Source: Tolypothrix carrinoi HA7290-LM1 (GTDB taxonomy: Bacteria; Cyanobacteriota; Cyanobacteriia; Cyanobacteriales; Nostocaceae). From it: a stretch of 64,000 nucleotides of DNA. The stretch lies in NCBI GenBank assembly GCA_019358935.1, contig JAHHIK010000021.1:1-64000 (forward strand). The letters run 5' to 3'. Of the stretch, positions 9,371 to 21,260 are shown piece by piece. The stretch's first letter is position 1; every line of letters begins with the position of its first letter. A program made the position numbers and the translations under genes. A model generated the notes under the pieces. The model did not search any database, had not been told where the DNA came from, and saw nothing but the letters and a program-made list of their open reading frames with translations.

Positions 9371-11178
9371 TTAGCTTTGTGTAACTGCGTTCTGTAGTTG
9401 GGACGTGCCAACGGTTTCGTCAACTAGTTGCAGCGATGTTTGGCGACAAGCCGCTTCGCGTATACGCTCTTTTAAAGTCTCTAAACCCAAGCGCAAGCCA
9501 GCGGAAATAAACACCGATTCCGGATATTCTTGTTGCGCTTTCGCCAAAGTTTCGCTATCTACAGAATCAATTTTGTTAAAGACAATCAAACTTTTTTCCG
9601 GAATTGTAGGCATTTCTGCGAGTATTTCCTGTACACTTGCGATATGGCTTTCCCAAGCTGGATGGGACAAATCCACCAGATGAAGCAACACATTTGCCTC
9701 AACTACTTCCTCCAGGGTGGCGCGAAAAGCATCCATTAATGCTGGTGGAAGTTCGTGAATAAAGCCGACGGTATCTGTCAGCAGAATAGTTCTGCGTTCT
9801 TGAGTTTCGGGATTTGTAATTACCAGCTTGCGTGTTGTCGGGTCAAGGGTGGCAAATAGTTGGTCTGCTGTATAAACCTCCGCATTAGTTAAGACGTTCA
9901 GCAAAGTGGATTTACCAGCATTGGTGTAACCAACTAATGCGAGAACAGGAATTTCTTGCTTTTGTCGCTGTTGTCGAATGCGATCGCTCCGGAGCTTGTA
10001 GTTGGTTTACTTCTTGCTGTAACTGAGCAATTCGTCGTTGAATTAAGGAGTCTTTCTGTTTCTAACTTAGTTTCACCAGGTCCTCTGGTACCAATTCCCG
10101 CACCTAATCTGGACATTTCCCGACCTTGACCGCGCAACCGTGGCAGCATATATTCAAGTTGGGCTAACTCAACTTGTAATTTACCCGCTTGGGATTGAGC
10201 GCGTTGAGCGAAAATATCTAAGATTACCTCGGTTCTGTCTACAACTCTAATGCCAATCTCGTTTTCTAGGTTGCGAGCTTGGGATGCAGAAATATCTCGG
10301 TCAAAGACAATTAAATTAGCTCCCACCTTTTGAGCTTGAAAAGCGATTTCTTCAACTTTTCCCTTACCGACAACAGTTTGCGGATGGGGACGACTTCGCT
10401 TTTGTTCTACAGTGTCTACTACAATTCCCCCAGCAGTTTCCACCAAACGAACTAGTTCTTGGAGTCCATCTTCAAAGCGTTGTTGAGGAATATCATCTGT
10501 CTTCAATCCCACCAGCAGCACTTTATCAGTGTCGGATACAATGTCTTGAAATGGTGTGCGATCTGCGCTTCTCCCAAGGGGAGACGCCAAGGGCGAACGC
10601 AGCAGCGCTTCGCTATCGCCAGATTCAGAAATCTCCCTTTCCCATTCATCAACTAAGTCGTCAAAGTCTTGCTCAATTAAGTCATCTAAACTTAGGGGAG
10701 GAGAAATTTCCCAAGGCTTTTGGGCATTGGGGACAAGGTTAGCTAAGAAAGCTTCTTTAACATTGCCATTGGCTGCTTTTTTGTGTCTTCCACCTTCACC
10801 CCCTACCAAGATTAACACTACAAGAGCATCTAAGCGCTGACGTGCCATTGCAATTAATGCTGCTTCATCAGGTGGATCTGATTTAAATTGAGTCGCAACA
10901 CAATGAATTCCGCTCAAGCGATCTGCACTGTGTCGCGGTAATTCTTGAGGTGGAATTTGAGTTTGACTTGGGGTTCCTACAGCAATTCTGATAACTTGTC
11001 CGCGTCGATTAATATAACAACAAATCGGATGATGGATTTCTGTACTGATTTCACCTAAGGCTTGGGCAAATTCCTGCGTAATGAATCTATCTCCCGGTTG
11101 TCGTGACTCGTAAAGCCGCTGTAATAACTTGATTTGACTCGATTTTATCCCTTGAATATTTCCGTAAATATTTTGCAT
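9371..11178 (-). pseudogene. hflX: GTPase HflX, two frameshifts and two in-frame HIP1 insertions
   Basis: GTRGPGETKLE, LVGYTNAGKSTLLN, LFATLDPTTR, DTVGF, NKID; frame breaks at about 9980-10050. Confidence 0.92.
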
Positions 11179-11289
11179 AAAACTAACAATTCAAAAGGTT
11201 CTTTAACCTATTTATTTATAATTATCTGTTTTTCAATTTGCATTTAATCTCCCAAAGGAAATAAGTAGATTAATCTAACCAAACGGCTC

Positions 11290-11345
11290 AGAAGCCCGGT
11301 TTCTCTAAGAAACCGGGCTTCTCGGTGAGAAACCGGGCTTCTCGG
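11290..11345. repeat. REP-like palindrome with duplicated half-site
   Basis: AGAAGCCCGGTTTCT-CTA-AGAAACCGGGCTTCT followed by a second AGAAACCGGGCTTCT. Confidence 0.75.
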
Positions 11346-11356
11346 TTCATTCTTTT

Positions 11357-12403
<1,047 letters not shown>

Positions 12404-12443
12404 CTAACTACGCTCCTACTAACAAATAACAAACAACAAATAT

Positions 12444-14660
12444 CTAAAATCGTTGACACTCATCAAAATAGCGAGACATCGCACTGTCAAGAGATGACAT
12501 TAACTCACCTCTATTGCTACCAAGAACGCTGTAAATTGGACGTTTAGCGCTTAAACCAAGTTCTTGCGTTGGCAGGGCAATAATATTACTAGGATTAAAG
12601 CCTGCTTTTTTCGCTGCTAGTCGTGCCAAGTCAGCCCAAGTTATAGCGCTCTTATTTGCCAAATGCCATAAGCCGCACTCACCGTCAATCAATAAATCAA
12701 GGCTGGCATGGACAAGATCCGGCACATAGGTAGGGGAAACAATGGCATCTTCTGCGGCAACGAAGGTATTCCCAGCAGATAATTGTCGCAGGGCGATTGT
12801 TACGAAATTGTAATCATCCCAAGGTCCAAAAAAGGCACTGGTGCGAATTACTAGGGATGAGGGATTAACCTTCAATACCAGCTTTTCTGCCAAAGCTTTG
12901 CTACACCCATAGACATTCAAAGGAGCGACGGTATCACTTTCCATATAAGGGTTGGACACCGTACCATCAAATACTAAGTCTGATGAGAAAGTTAGCAGTG
13001 CCACGTTATGACGAGCGCAAGCAGTAGCTAAAGTTGCTGCTCCCTCAGCGTTTACCCTGATACAAATATCTGGTTCGCGTTCTGCATCGTCTACCCGCAC
13101 ATATCCCGCAGCGTTCACAACTGCCCACGGTTTCAACTCTGATAGCACCGCATCCACAGAGGCAGGATTGGCGATGTCCATTTCTCGGCGTGATAGCAAG
13201 TGATATGTAATACCTCGCAGTTCGCACAGCCGCGCAAAAGCCCTTCCCAGAGTTCCACTAGCACCCACGATGATAAGGGGTGAGGGAAGCGTGGTGTGGG
13301 GGAAGCGTGATGTAAGTGTCCACTTACTCTTGTTCTCCCCCTCAAGAGAGTGACAACTCACCGCAGGGTATAATAAGCGCTCTTGCCGATGCCACCATCC
13401 GGGTGTATCAAGTACTGGATGATTCGGTTTGCGCCCAGCGGATAGGTCGCGCGTCAATGATGCGATCGCTGTCGGTCTCGGACGTGGCGATCGCAAATCA
13501 AATACGCCTGACTCGTAGTAGCCGACAGAGCGAGTTACTAAGCTATTCCAATCGTAGCTGCCCAGCAACGCCCAAGCAGTGATAGCGCGGACATCTACAC
13601 CTTCATCTCGTAATGAAACGGCTGCATTCCAAACCTCGTACAGCCAACGCAACTGCTCTTCACGGGTACAGCTAACGTGAGCTTCTGTAACAGCAATCGG
13701 CAGTTTGTAACGTTCCCATGCTTCTAGTAGCAAGGTGCGCGGACCGCCCGCACCTTCAGCACAAACCCGTACTGCCTCTACATCTGCATACTCGTGTTGC
13801 CCATTGCTGCCATACGAAGAAGCCGGATAGCGTTCTCTGCGTTCATCCAGAAAGCGATCGCTTGTCAAGTAGTGGTTAATCCCCATGATGTCCGGTGGAC
13901 AGGGATTTTGCAAAAACCACTCAATTTCAGCTTCATTGATGCCGCAGTAGCGTAAATAACCCCACATTGGATGTGTAGAATTGACGCGACCGCACAATAA
14001 ATCAAAGGTCAACCAGCGGCGTTCATTCTCAAACTCTGCTTGATATGCCAACTTTGGCGTACTGTAAACCTTACCCAAATCGTCAGTTTGCACTAGTTGG
14101 GCATTTGGGTTGACTTCGCGAATTGCCTTCATTGAAAGAGCGATCGCACGACACTGACCCAACAAAGCACGAGCAAAAGTTAACTCATCCCGTCCGTGAG
14201 GATACCAATGTCCATACATCCCACTAAATCGCGCCGTTGTCAATGGTTCGTTTACAGGTGTGTAAAAGCTCACCCAAGGATAGCGTTCTGCTACAGCACG
14301 AGCGTACAAAGCTAGCTTTTCTGGAAATTCCGGATCTACCAAACTCGTGTGAACAGGACCACTACCATGATGCACCAATCCCACAATCGGATTGATACCC
14401 AGTTCCCGCAATCGTCCCAGTCGCTCATCCGCCCAAGACCAGTCAGCATTCTCCAACCCGTCAGGCGCCGTTCGTTCCCACAACACCGGGTAGCGGATCG
14501 CCTTTATCCCCAGTTCAGCGAATAAATCCAAGTCATCCAAACGCATTGCATGACCGTTGCGCTCCAACTGGTCGAAATACTCCTCACCTACACGATTAAC
14601 CGTACACTCCACACCTGCCCACACTTCTAAAGGAAGTTTTGAGTTCAAGACTACAGCCAT
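12444..14660 (-). CDS. Glycoside hydrolase family 1-like / RmlD (dTDP-4-dehydrorhamnose reductase)-like fusion
   Basis: TPVNEP and IAVTEA in the N-terminal domain; GASGTLG, FSSDLVFDG and YGCSK in the C-terminal domain. Confidence 0.88.
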   Translation of the reverse strand: MAVVLNSKLPLEVWAGVECTVNRVGEEYFDQLERNGHAMRLDDLDLFAELGIKAIRYPVLWERTAPDGLENADWSWADERLGRLRELGINPIVGLVHHGSGPVHTSLVDPEFPEKLALYARAVAERYPWVSFYTPVNEPLTTARFSGMYGHWYPHGRDELTFARALLGQCRAIALSMKAIREVNPNAQLVQTDDLGKVYSTPKLAYQAEFENERRWLTFDLLCGRVNSTHPMWGYLRYCGINEAEIEWFLQNPCPPDIMGINHYLTSDRFLDERRERYPASSYGSNGQHEYADVEAVRVCAEGAGGPRTLLLEAWERYKLPIAVTEAHVSCTREEQLRWLYEVWNAAVSLRDEGVDVRAITAWALLGSYDWNSLVTRSVGYYESGVFDLRSPRPRPTAIASLTRDLSAGRKPNHPVLDTPGWWHRQERLLYPAVSCHSLEGENKSKWTLTSRFPHTTLPSPLIIVGASGTLGRAFARLCELRGITYHLLSRREMDIANPASVDAVLSELKPWAVVNAAGYVRVDDAEREPDICIRVNAEGAATLATACARHNVALLTFSSDLVFDGTVSNPYMESDTVAPLNVYGCSKALAEKLVLKVNPSSLVIRTSAFFGPWDDYNFVTIALRQLSAGNTFVAAEDAIVSPTYVPDLVHASLDLLIDGECGLWHLANKSAITWADLARLAAKKAGFNPSNIIALPTQELGLSAKRPIYSVLGSNRGELMSSLDSAMSRYFDECQRF

Positions 14661-14755
14661 AACTGAAAACTCAAATTAATATTCTCTTTTTTCTTCTCTC
14701 TGCGTTCCCTGCGTTCTCTGCGGTTCGTATTAACCACAGAGAACACAAAATATTC

Positions 14756-17167
14756 TTAAGCCCTAACCGGGATTTGTTTGTAAACAGAAAGAGCCTGAGC
14801 AACACACTGATCCATGTTGTAATACTTATAAGTTGCCAAGCGTCCGACAAAATACACACCAGCAGTTTCATCAGCCAGTGCCTTGTATTGCTTGTAAACT
14901 TCCTGATTTTCAGGACGTGGCACAGGGTAATACGGATCTCCTTCAGCCTTGGGAAACTCGTAAACGATGCTAGTTTTAGAGTGTTCCTGTCCAGTCAAAT
15001 ACTTAAACTCTGTAACGCGAGTATACAGCTGTTCATTCGGGTAGTTGATGACTGGTGCTGACTGAAACACCTGTGTATTGTGCGTCTCGTGCTTAAAGTC
15101 AAGCGATCGATAAGGCAGCTTGCCAAAGCGATAATCAAAATACTCGTCAACAGGACCGCTGTAAACCATTTCCCGGCAAGGTATCGCTTTTTCGATTTCC
15201 TGGTAATCGGTATTCAGCATTACTTTAATGTTCGGGTGATTTAACATATTCTCGAACATCCGAGTAAAGCCGTGCAGCGGCATTGCTTGATAAGTATCAG
15301 TAAAATATCGGCTGTCGCGATTAGTACGGGTGGGAATCCGGGCGATTACTGACTTATCCAGTTCTGAAGGGTCGAGTCCCCATTGTTTGCGAGTGTAGCC
15401 CCGAAAGAACTTTTCATACAGTTCCTGACCAACTTTGCTCACTACCACATCTTCACTAGTGCGAATGTATTCTCTCGGTTCGGCAAGCGACTTGTAAAAA
15501 TCTTCTACCTGAAATGAATTCAGGTTCATTCCATAGAGTTTGTTGATGGTGTCGAGATTGATGGGGATGGGAAGAAGCTGTCCGTCTACGCTGGCAAGAA
15601 CGCGATGTTCGTAACTACGCCACTGTGTAAACTGAGAAAGGTATTCAAAGACTTCGCGGGAGTTGGTGTGAAAAATGTGGGGACCGTATCTGTGTACGAG
15701 GACACCATGATCGTCATAATGGTCGTAAGCGTTGCCGCCGATGTGGTTGCGCTTGTCTACAACTAGCACTTTTTTGCCAGACTGAGTTGCCAAGCGTTCG
15801 GCAATGACGCTTCCAGAAAAACCCGCACCGACAATTAAGTAATCAAATACGTAATCTCTGGTAATGATGCTTGGGGAAGGGGGAATATTTGTAACGCTAT
15901 CTTGACGGGCAGCGATCGCCGAATCAATAAGTTGCATCATCGATCCCCAAGTTCTATCCCAAGAAATCTGCTCTAAAAATGCATCTACCCGACTCAGCCA
16001 CCCTGATGCTGCGGTGTCCTCTTGCATAGCCTGTTCTGCTGCGGTGACAAACTCCTCAGCCGTGTCTGCAATTCGCACCAGCTTCAAGTCTGCGTAGGGA
16101 CGCACCACATCTCGAATCGAGGTAGACACTACAGGCTTACCTGCGGCAAGATACTCTGGGGTTTTAGTTGGACTAATAAAGCGCGTTGATTCATTTCGCG
16201 CAAACGTTAGCATCGCCAAATCCCACCCCGCCAAATAGGATGGTAGCTCTTTATAATCTTTACCGCCGAGATAATGGATATTCTCGCGTTGGGGCAGAAG
16301 TGCTGGGTCGATTTTCACAACTGGACCAATCATCACCAAATGCCAGTCAGGACGGGCATCGGCAATTCCTGCCAGCAGTTCAATATCCATCCGTTCGTCA
16401 ATCACCCCAAAGAACCCAAGACGCGGATGAGGAATATTTGCTTGATCTGCTGGTTCTTCTTCCACATTTCTCGCCTGAGCAAAATGTGGTACATCTACAC
16501 TGCTGGGAAATGCGTAGATGTTGGGGTGCTGGTTCACCTTACTTTCATAAAGGCTTTGTCCACCTGTAAACACCAAGTCTGCACGGCGGAAAAGTTCGGC
16601 TTCGTAGTTCTTTAAAGCGGGTGACGCACCTTTGAATGCAGATAACTCATCCATGCAATCGTAGACTACTGCTTCTGGCTCCAAGTGGCTTGTAAAAGCG
16701 ATCGCCATCGGCGTGTAGTACCAAAACATGTACTTGCGGATGTTATGAAGAGCAAACAAGCCATCAATCAACACTTTTAAATCCGCGTTGATACCGTCTT
16801 CACTCAAACCGGATGGTAGGTGTGGAACAACAACCACTACCCCATTCTTATCTTCACTGACTTCCAACCGTCCCAACGGTTCGGTGCAAAAAATCGGCTC
16901 TTCAATAAAGAAAACCCGCCGTCCTTGAGCGCAACGAACTAGAAGATGCTGCGGTCTTTGATAAACGAAATTCCAACGCAAATGAGACAAGCAAACTATA
17001 TCAGGCGTATCACAATTTGAAGCTTCTTTAAAGCTTTTGTTGGATAAAGATAACTTCTGCAATTTCGATGCACCTGATGATTGCGGTTCAGTTACTGGCG
17101 ATAGCTTGGTTCGCGACTTACCATTACTGATACCGTTATTTTTTACTTGAGTTTGTTCGCCCGACAT
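14756..17167 (-). CDS. glf: Glycosyltransferase / UDP-galactopyranose mutase fusion
   Basis: SHLRWNFVYQRPQH and SPTKTPEYLAAG (GT); IVGAGFSG, YGPHIFHT and GRLATYKYYNMDQ (Glf). Confidence 0.93.
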   Translation of the reverse strand: MSGEQTQVKNNGISNGKSRTKLSPVTEPQSSGASKLQKLSLSNKSFKEASNCDTPDIVCLSHLRWNFVYQRPQHLLVRCAQGRRVFFIEEPIFCTEPLGRLEVSEDKNGVVVVVPHLPSGLSEDGINADLKVLIDGLFALHNIRKYMFWYYTPMAIAFTSHLEPEAVVYDCMDELSAFKGASPALKNYEAELFRRADLVFTGGQSLYESKVNQHPNIYAFPSSVDVPHFAQARNVEEEPADQANIPHPRLGFFGVIDERMDIELLAGIADARPDWHLVMIGPVVKIDPALLPQRENIHYLGGKDYKELPSYLAGWDLAMLTFARNESTRFISPTKTPEYLAAGKPVVSTSIRDVVRPYADLKLVRIADTAEEFVTAAEQAMQEDTAASGWLSRVDAFLEQISWDRTWGSMMQLIDSAIAARQDSVTNIPPSPSIITRDYVFDYLIVGAGFSGSVIAERLATQSGKKVLVVDKRNHIGGNAYDHYDDHGVLVHRYGPHIFHTNSREVFEYLSQFTQWRSYEHRVLASVDGQLLPIPINLDTINKLYGMNLNSFQVEDFYKSLAEPREYIRTSEDVVVSKVGQELYEKFFRGYTRKQWGLDPSELDKSVIARIPTRTNRDSRYFTDTYQAMPLHGFTRMFENMLNHPNIKVMLNTDYQEIEKAIPCREMVYSGPVDEYFDYRFGKLPYRSLDFKHETHNTQVFQSAPVINYPNEQLYTRVTEFKYLTGQEHSKTSIVYEFPKAEGDPYYPVPRPENQEVYKQYKALADETAGVYFVGRLATYKYYNMDQCVAQALSVYKQIPVRA

Positions 17168-17964
17168 AGGTTATCTCAATTTGGTGTTTGTAAAAAATCG
17201 AATTGTCCACAAATGCTCTTTCATCAGATAATATAATTGCAAAAAATTATCTTTCAGCTTAATTTATTTCAAGCCAAAGGGCATTAATTATTATCTGAAA
17301 AACGAAGCTTTTGTTATTTTATTGCCTGCTTAGAAAGTAGTAAGGCTATTTACCTTAGGAACATTTACATCACTTATGTTTAAGAATATGGCTAATTTTT
17401 TATCTAATCTTCTATCAAGAGATATATTTGCCTACACTCAAGGAATATATTCAATATTAAGTTTGTTAGTATTCCTGAATACAAATTTATCTGAAAATAC
17501 TGAACTGCAATAAATAGACTAGGGCAAAATCAGTACTTATATGTTCCAAATTTAAGCATAGATTCAGCATTCAGCATGTTTGCTGCCATTCGTGTTTACC
17601 TATGTGAATCTTGCTAATTTACAAAACTTTATATAAAATCAGCTTTGAATTGCCTCACGCTAACTATCTTGCTACTTAAAAGTTACCTAATTGAAGTTTA
17701 TTTATCAGAGAATGAACTTTAAACTTAGCAAAATTTAATATTATCAATTGAAATTTCCAATTGGTTGTTTTCTGTTTCTCTAGCTATAATTAGTCTCCCG
17801 CATACAATTATAAAAGATAAATTGTACATAAAAAGTTTCTGGGTCAAGGAGTATTAGGAAAAACAAGCGCTGATAAATAAAAATAATGACTGATGATAAA
17901 TTATCAATTATCAAAGCCTTGCCATTTTGACGCAGCACCGTGTTGTTTTTCCTGTAAAAAAACA

Positions 17965-18102
17965 GCGGCATTTCCTTTCATATTGCAATATTTGGGGCTG
18001 GGTGCTGCCTACGGTCTGTATACAACTGCGGCGGCTATTTCGTTATTTTTCGTTTTCTTTTTCATTAAGGAAACCAAAGGAATTGAGTTAGAAGACATGT
18101 AA
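17965..18102 (+). pseudogene. glcP: C-terminal remnant of a sugar porter MFS permease (GlcP-like)
   Basis: FPFILQYLGLGAAYGLYTTAAAISLFFVFFFIKETKGIELEDM (PETKG-type motif). Confidence 0.8.
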
Positions 18103-18104
18103 TT

Positions 18105-18197
18105 AGGACTTACGCAGAATGATGAAAAAACGAACCGCTCCAGAACGCGGAGGACACAGAGTTTAGGAGAGTTTGGGAGAGTTTTTGCGTCAGTCCT
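18105..18197. mobile_element. MITE-like repeat with terminal IR AGGACTTACGCA/TGCGTCAGTCCT
   Basis: Terminal IR; body homologous (inverted) to 26294-26433. Confidence 0.65.
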
Positions 18198-18227
18198 GGT
18201 AATATTAAGTTCGGTTCAAAGTCTTAA

Positions 18228-19766
18228 TTAATGGAGAAAGTGACGCACACCTGTGAACACCATCACCAAACCGAGTTCGTTTGCAGCTAGGATTGAGTCA
18301 GCATCTCGCAAGCTTCCTCCGGGTTGAACGATCGCACTAATTCCGGCAGCAGCAGCTGTTCTTACGGAGTCATCAAAAGGGAAAAATCCATCGCTAGCTA
18401 AAATTGCACCTTTGGCTTTGTCTTGTGCTTGTTCTAAAGCAAGTTTAACTGAACCGACGCGGTTCATTTGACCGGCACCGACACCTAATGTAGTGCGATC
18501 GCTAGTGACTACAATCGCGTTAGACTTGACGTGTTTGCAAACTTTCCAAGCAAACAATAATTCTTCTAACTGTGTTTGCGTGGGTTGGCGATCGCTTACA
18601 AATTGCCATTGACTGGTATCAGCAATGATATCATCCGCAGCTTGCACGAGAAACCCGCCGGCGATCGCTTTAACTGTTTCAGTCGGTCCGTTACTCAAAT
18701 CAGGTAAAGTCAAAATTCGCAGATTAGATTTAGCCGCGAGAATACTTAACGCATCTTCATCACAATCTGGTGCAACTACACATTCTAAAAACGTCTTAGT
18801 TAACTCGCTAGCAGTCGCAGCATCAATCGTCCGGTTGAGTGCAACAATTCCCCCAAACGCCGAAACCGAGTCAGCATTAAAAGCTTTTTGATAAGCTTCG
18901 TTAAGATTGCTTCCCAAAGCCACACCACACGGATTAGTATGTTTAAGAATCGCCGCTGCGGGCGTGTCTGGAAATTCCGAAATTATCCGCCGTGCCGCTT
19001 CTAAATCAACTAAGTTGTTGTAACTAAGTTCTTTGCCTTGAAGTTTGGTAGCAGCTGCCCATCCGGTTGGAGTATTTCCCGTTTGATACCAGCCGGCGCT
19101 TTGATGAGGATTTTCGCCATAGCGCAAAGCTTGCAATTGTTTGCCAGAAAGCGTGAATTGTTCAGGTGTTGATTCGGTTTTCTGCTGGCTGAGGTAAGAA
19201 GCGATGCTGGCGTCATAACTCGAAGTATGCAAAAATCCTTTTAAAGCGCACTTAGTACGAAACTCTAAAGAAGCTTCACCTTGATTTTGACGCAATTGCT
19301 GCAAATAATCGTCATATTGAGTTGGATCGCACAAAACTGTGAGATGAGCAAAGTTTTTCGATGCCGCTCTCAACATTGCTGGACCGCCGATATCGATTTG
19401 TTCAACAGCTTCTGCTAAAGTTACATCAACAGAAGCGATCGTTTCCTCAAAAGGATAAAGGTTGACCACCACTAAATCAATCGGGCGAATTTGGTTATTT
19501 GCCAAATCACTCAAATCGTCAGGTACATCCCGCCGTGCTAAAATTCCTCCATGAATTCGGGGATGCAGCGTTTTCACTCGACCGCCTAAAATTTCTGGTG
19601 AGCCTGTGTAATCGGCAACTTTTGTAACTGGCAATCCTGCATCCTTGATAGCTTTGGCTGTTCCCCCACTGCTGATTAAATCAAAGTTAAATTCTTCTAT
19701 TAAGGTACGGGCAAGGTCAATTAAACCAGTTTTGTTAGATACACTCAGCAGTGCCAGACGCGCCAT
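18228..19766 (-). CDS. purH: Bifunctional AICAR transformylase/IMP cyclohydrolase
   Basis: GRVKTLHP, IDIGGP, LRYGENPHQ, SDGFFPF, RHFLH. Confidence 0.98.
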   Translation of the reverse strand: MARLALLSVSNKTGLIDLARTLIEEFNFDLISSGGTAKAIKDAGLPVTKVADYTGSPEILGGRVKTLHPRIHGGILARRDVPDDLSDLANNQIRPIDLVVVNLYPFEETIASVDVTLAEAVEQIDIGGPAMLRAASKNFAHLTVLCDPTQYDDYLQQLRQNQGEASLEFRTKCALKGFLHTSSYDASIASYLSQQKTESTPEQFTLSGKQLQALRYGENPHQSAGWYQTGNTPTGWAAATKLQGKELSYNNLVDLEAARRIISEFPDTPAAAILKHTNPCGVALGSNLNEAYQKAFNADSVSAFGGIVALNRTIDAATASELTKTFLECVVAPDCDEDALSILAAKSNLRILTLPDLSNGPTETVKAIAGGFLVQAADDIIADTSQWQFVSDRQPTQTQLEELLFAWKVCKHVKSNAIVVTSDRTTLGVGAGQMNRVGSVKLALEQAQDKAKGAILASDGFFPFDDSVRTAAAAGISAIVQPGGSLRDADSILAANELGLVMVFTGVRHFLH

Positions 19767-19822
19767 AATTCCCCAGTTTTCTTTGTAATTTGATGCACTT
19801 TATTTTACCGAAAAAAGGCATC

Positions 19823-20030
19823 GGGCATTGGGTATGGGGCATGGGGCATGGGGCATGGGGCATGGGGCATAGGGCATAGGGCATAGGGCATAGGGCATGG
19901 GGTATGGGGCATGGGGCATAGGGCATAGGGCATAGGGCATGGGGTATGGGAAAAAGATTTGACTTTATTCTCACGTTCCCATTGCCCATTGCCCATTGCC
20001 CATTGCCCATTGCCCATTGCCCATTGCCCA
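19823..20030. repeat. STRR heptamer cassette: GGGCATR array, spacer, inverted TTGCCCA array
   Basis: Tandem 7-mers in two opposed arms. Confidence 0.9.
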
Positions 20031-20084
20031 AAAGAAGTAATATCTATAAAGAGAGTTTAATCGCTGGAGAAAATATCTGAAGAA

Positions 20085-20693
20085 GTGGAATTTATCACCT
20101 TTCCGCCAAAAATGGGGCAAGTACCTAAAGGCTTAATTGTCACTTTGCACGGTTGGGGTGCAAATGCGGACGATCTAGCGTCTTTATCATCCTTTTTTAA
20201 TTTGCCTGATTATCAGTTCATTTTTCCGAATGCACCTTTTCCTTTTCCTAATTCCTCTTTTGGTAGAGCGTGGTACGACTTGAGAATGGAAAATATGTAT
20301 CAGGGTTTGGCAGAAAGTCGGCAAATGTTGATAGATTGGCTGGAATCTTTAGAATATAGTACTGGAGTACCATTATCGCGAACAATTTTGAGTGGATTTT
20401 CTCAAGGTGGTGCGATGACTTTGGATGTAGGATTAACTTTACCCCTTGCAGGTTTAATTTGTATGAGTGGATATTTGCATCCGGGTGCAGCAACATCGGT
20501 TCCAAGTAGTTTTCCGCCGGTTTTGATTACGCATGGCAAACAAGATACCGTCGTGCCATTGCAAGCTGCGATGAGGGCAAGGGAAACTTTAGAATCTCTA
20601 GGAGTTGCCGTAGAATATCATGAATTTGATATGGGGCATGAAATTCGTCCAGAAGTGTTAGAAATATTACGAAATTTCGTGGATAATCTGTAA
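20085..20693 (+). CDS. Phospholipase/carboxylesterase (alpha/beta hydrolase)
   Basis: LHGWG, GFSQGG, HGKQD, MGHEI. Confidence 0.92.
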   Translation: MEFITFPPKMGQVPKGLIVTLHGWGANADDLASLSSFFNLPDYQFIFPNAPFPFPNSSFGRAWYDLRMENMYQGLAESRQMLIDWLESLEYSTGVPLSRTILSGFSQGGAMTLDVGLTLPLAGLICMSGYLHPGAATSVPSSFPPVLITHGKQDTVVPLQAAMRARETLESLGVAVEYHEFDMGHEIRPEVLEILRNFVDNL

Positions 20694-20870
20694 AAGTCTT
20701 AGACATTATTTTGTCACAGTTGTCAACTTTTTACAAATTCAGCTAAAAATCCGGAAAAATTTCACGATCGGCGATGCCCCTAAGTGAGTAAGATATATTG
20801 GGTGGCTGCGTCAGCACGCAACTCAATTTCTGCGCTATGGCGAATGCTGCATAAGGGAGGGGCAAGCATA

Positions 20871-21083
20871 ATGAAAACTCTAAGCATTTCTAGAAAAGAC
20901 ATTGCTGTCATCACTGCACAAGAGGTGGAAGAGTTGGCAACACGTTTGGATCAAGATAATTACAGCAATGCTTTTGAGGGTTTGAATGATTGGCATCTGC
21001 TGCGTGCGATCGCATTTGCGCGTCCAGAGTTAGTTGAACCCTATATCCACCTTTTAGATTTAGAACCCTACGACGAAGCGTAA
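20871..21083 (+). CDS. Conserved cyanobacterial small protein (DUF2555-like)
   Basis: RLDQDNYSNAFEGLNDWHLLRAIAF; GGAGG RBS. Confidence 0.8.
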   Translation: MKTLSISRKDIAVITAQEVEELATRLDQDNYSNAFEGLNDWHLLRAIAFARPELVEPYIHLLDLEPYDEA

Positions 21084-21093
21084 GGATTTGAAA

Positions 21094-21250
21094 ATGGGTA
21101 ATGGGTAATGGGTAATGGGTAATAGGTAATAGGTAATTGTAATTTGGGAAATGGAGAGTGAGGAGTGGTGAAATTCCCTACTCTTTAATTTCTATTTTCC
21201 ATTACCGATTACCGATTACCGATTACCCATTACCAATTACCTATTACCTA
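21094..21250. repeat. STRR heptamer cassette (ATGGGTA... / ...ATTACCG) in inverted arms
   Basis: Tandem 7-mers. Confidence 0.88.
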
Positions 21251-21260
21251 CTTAGTACCA

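Noticed and set aside
16186..16615. Antisense ORFs over long genes (here and throughout)
   Set aside because: Shadow frames of well-supported CDSs
17340..17353. GTA-N8-TAC NtcA-like site upstream of the GT-glf gene
   Set aside because: No properly spaced -10 box; expected by chance in AT-rich DNA
19735..20031. ORFs such as MGNGQWA.../CPMPYAL... (also at 27920, 28014, 40299, 63569-63907, and N-terminal extensions of coaE and vte4)
   Set aside because: Translations of STRR/SDR repeats, not genes
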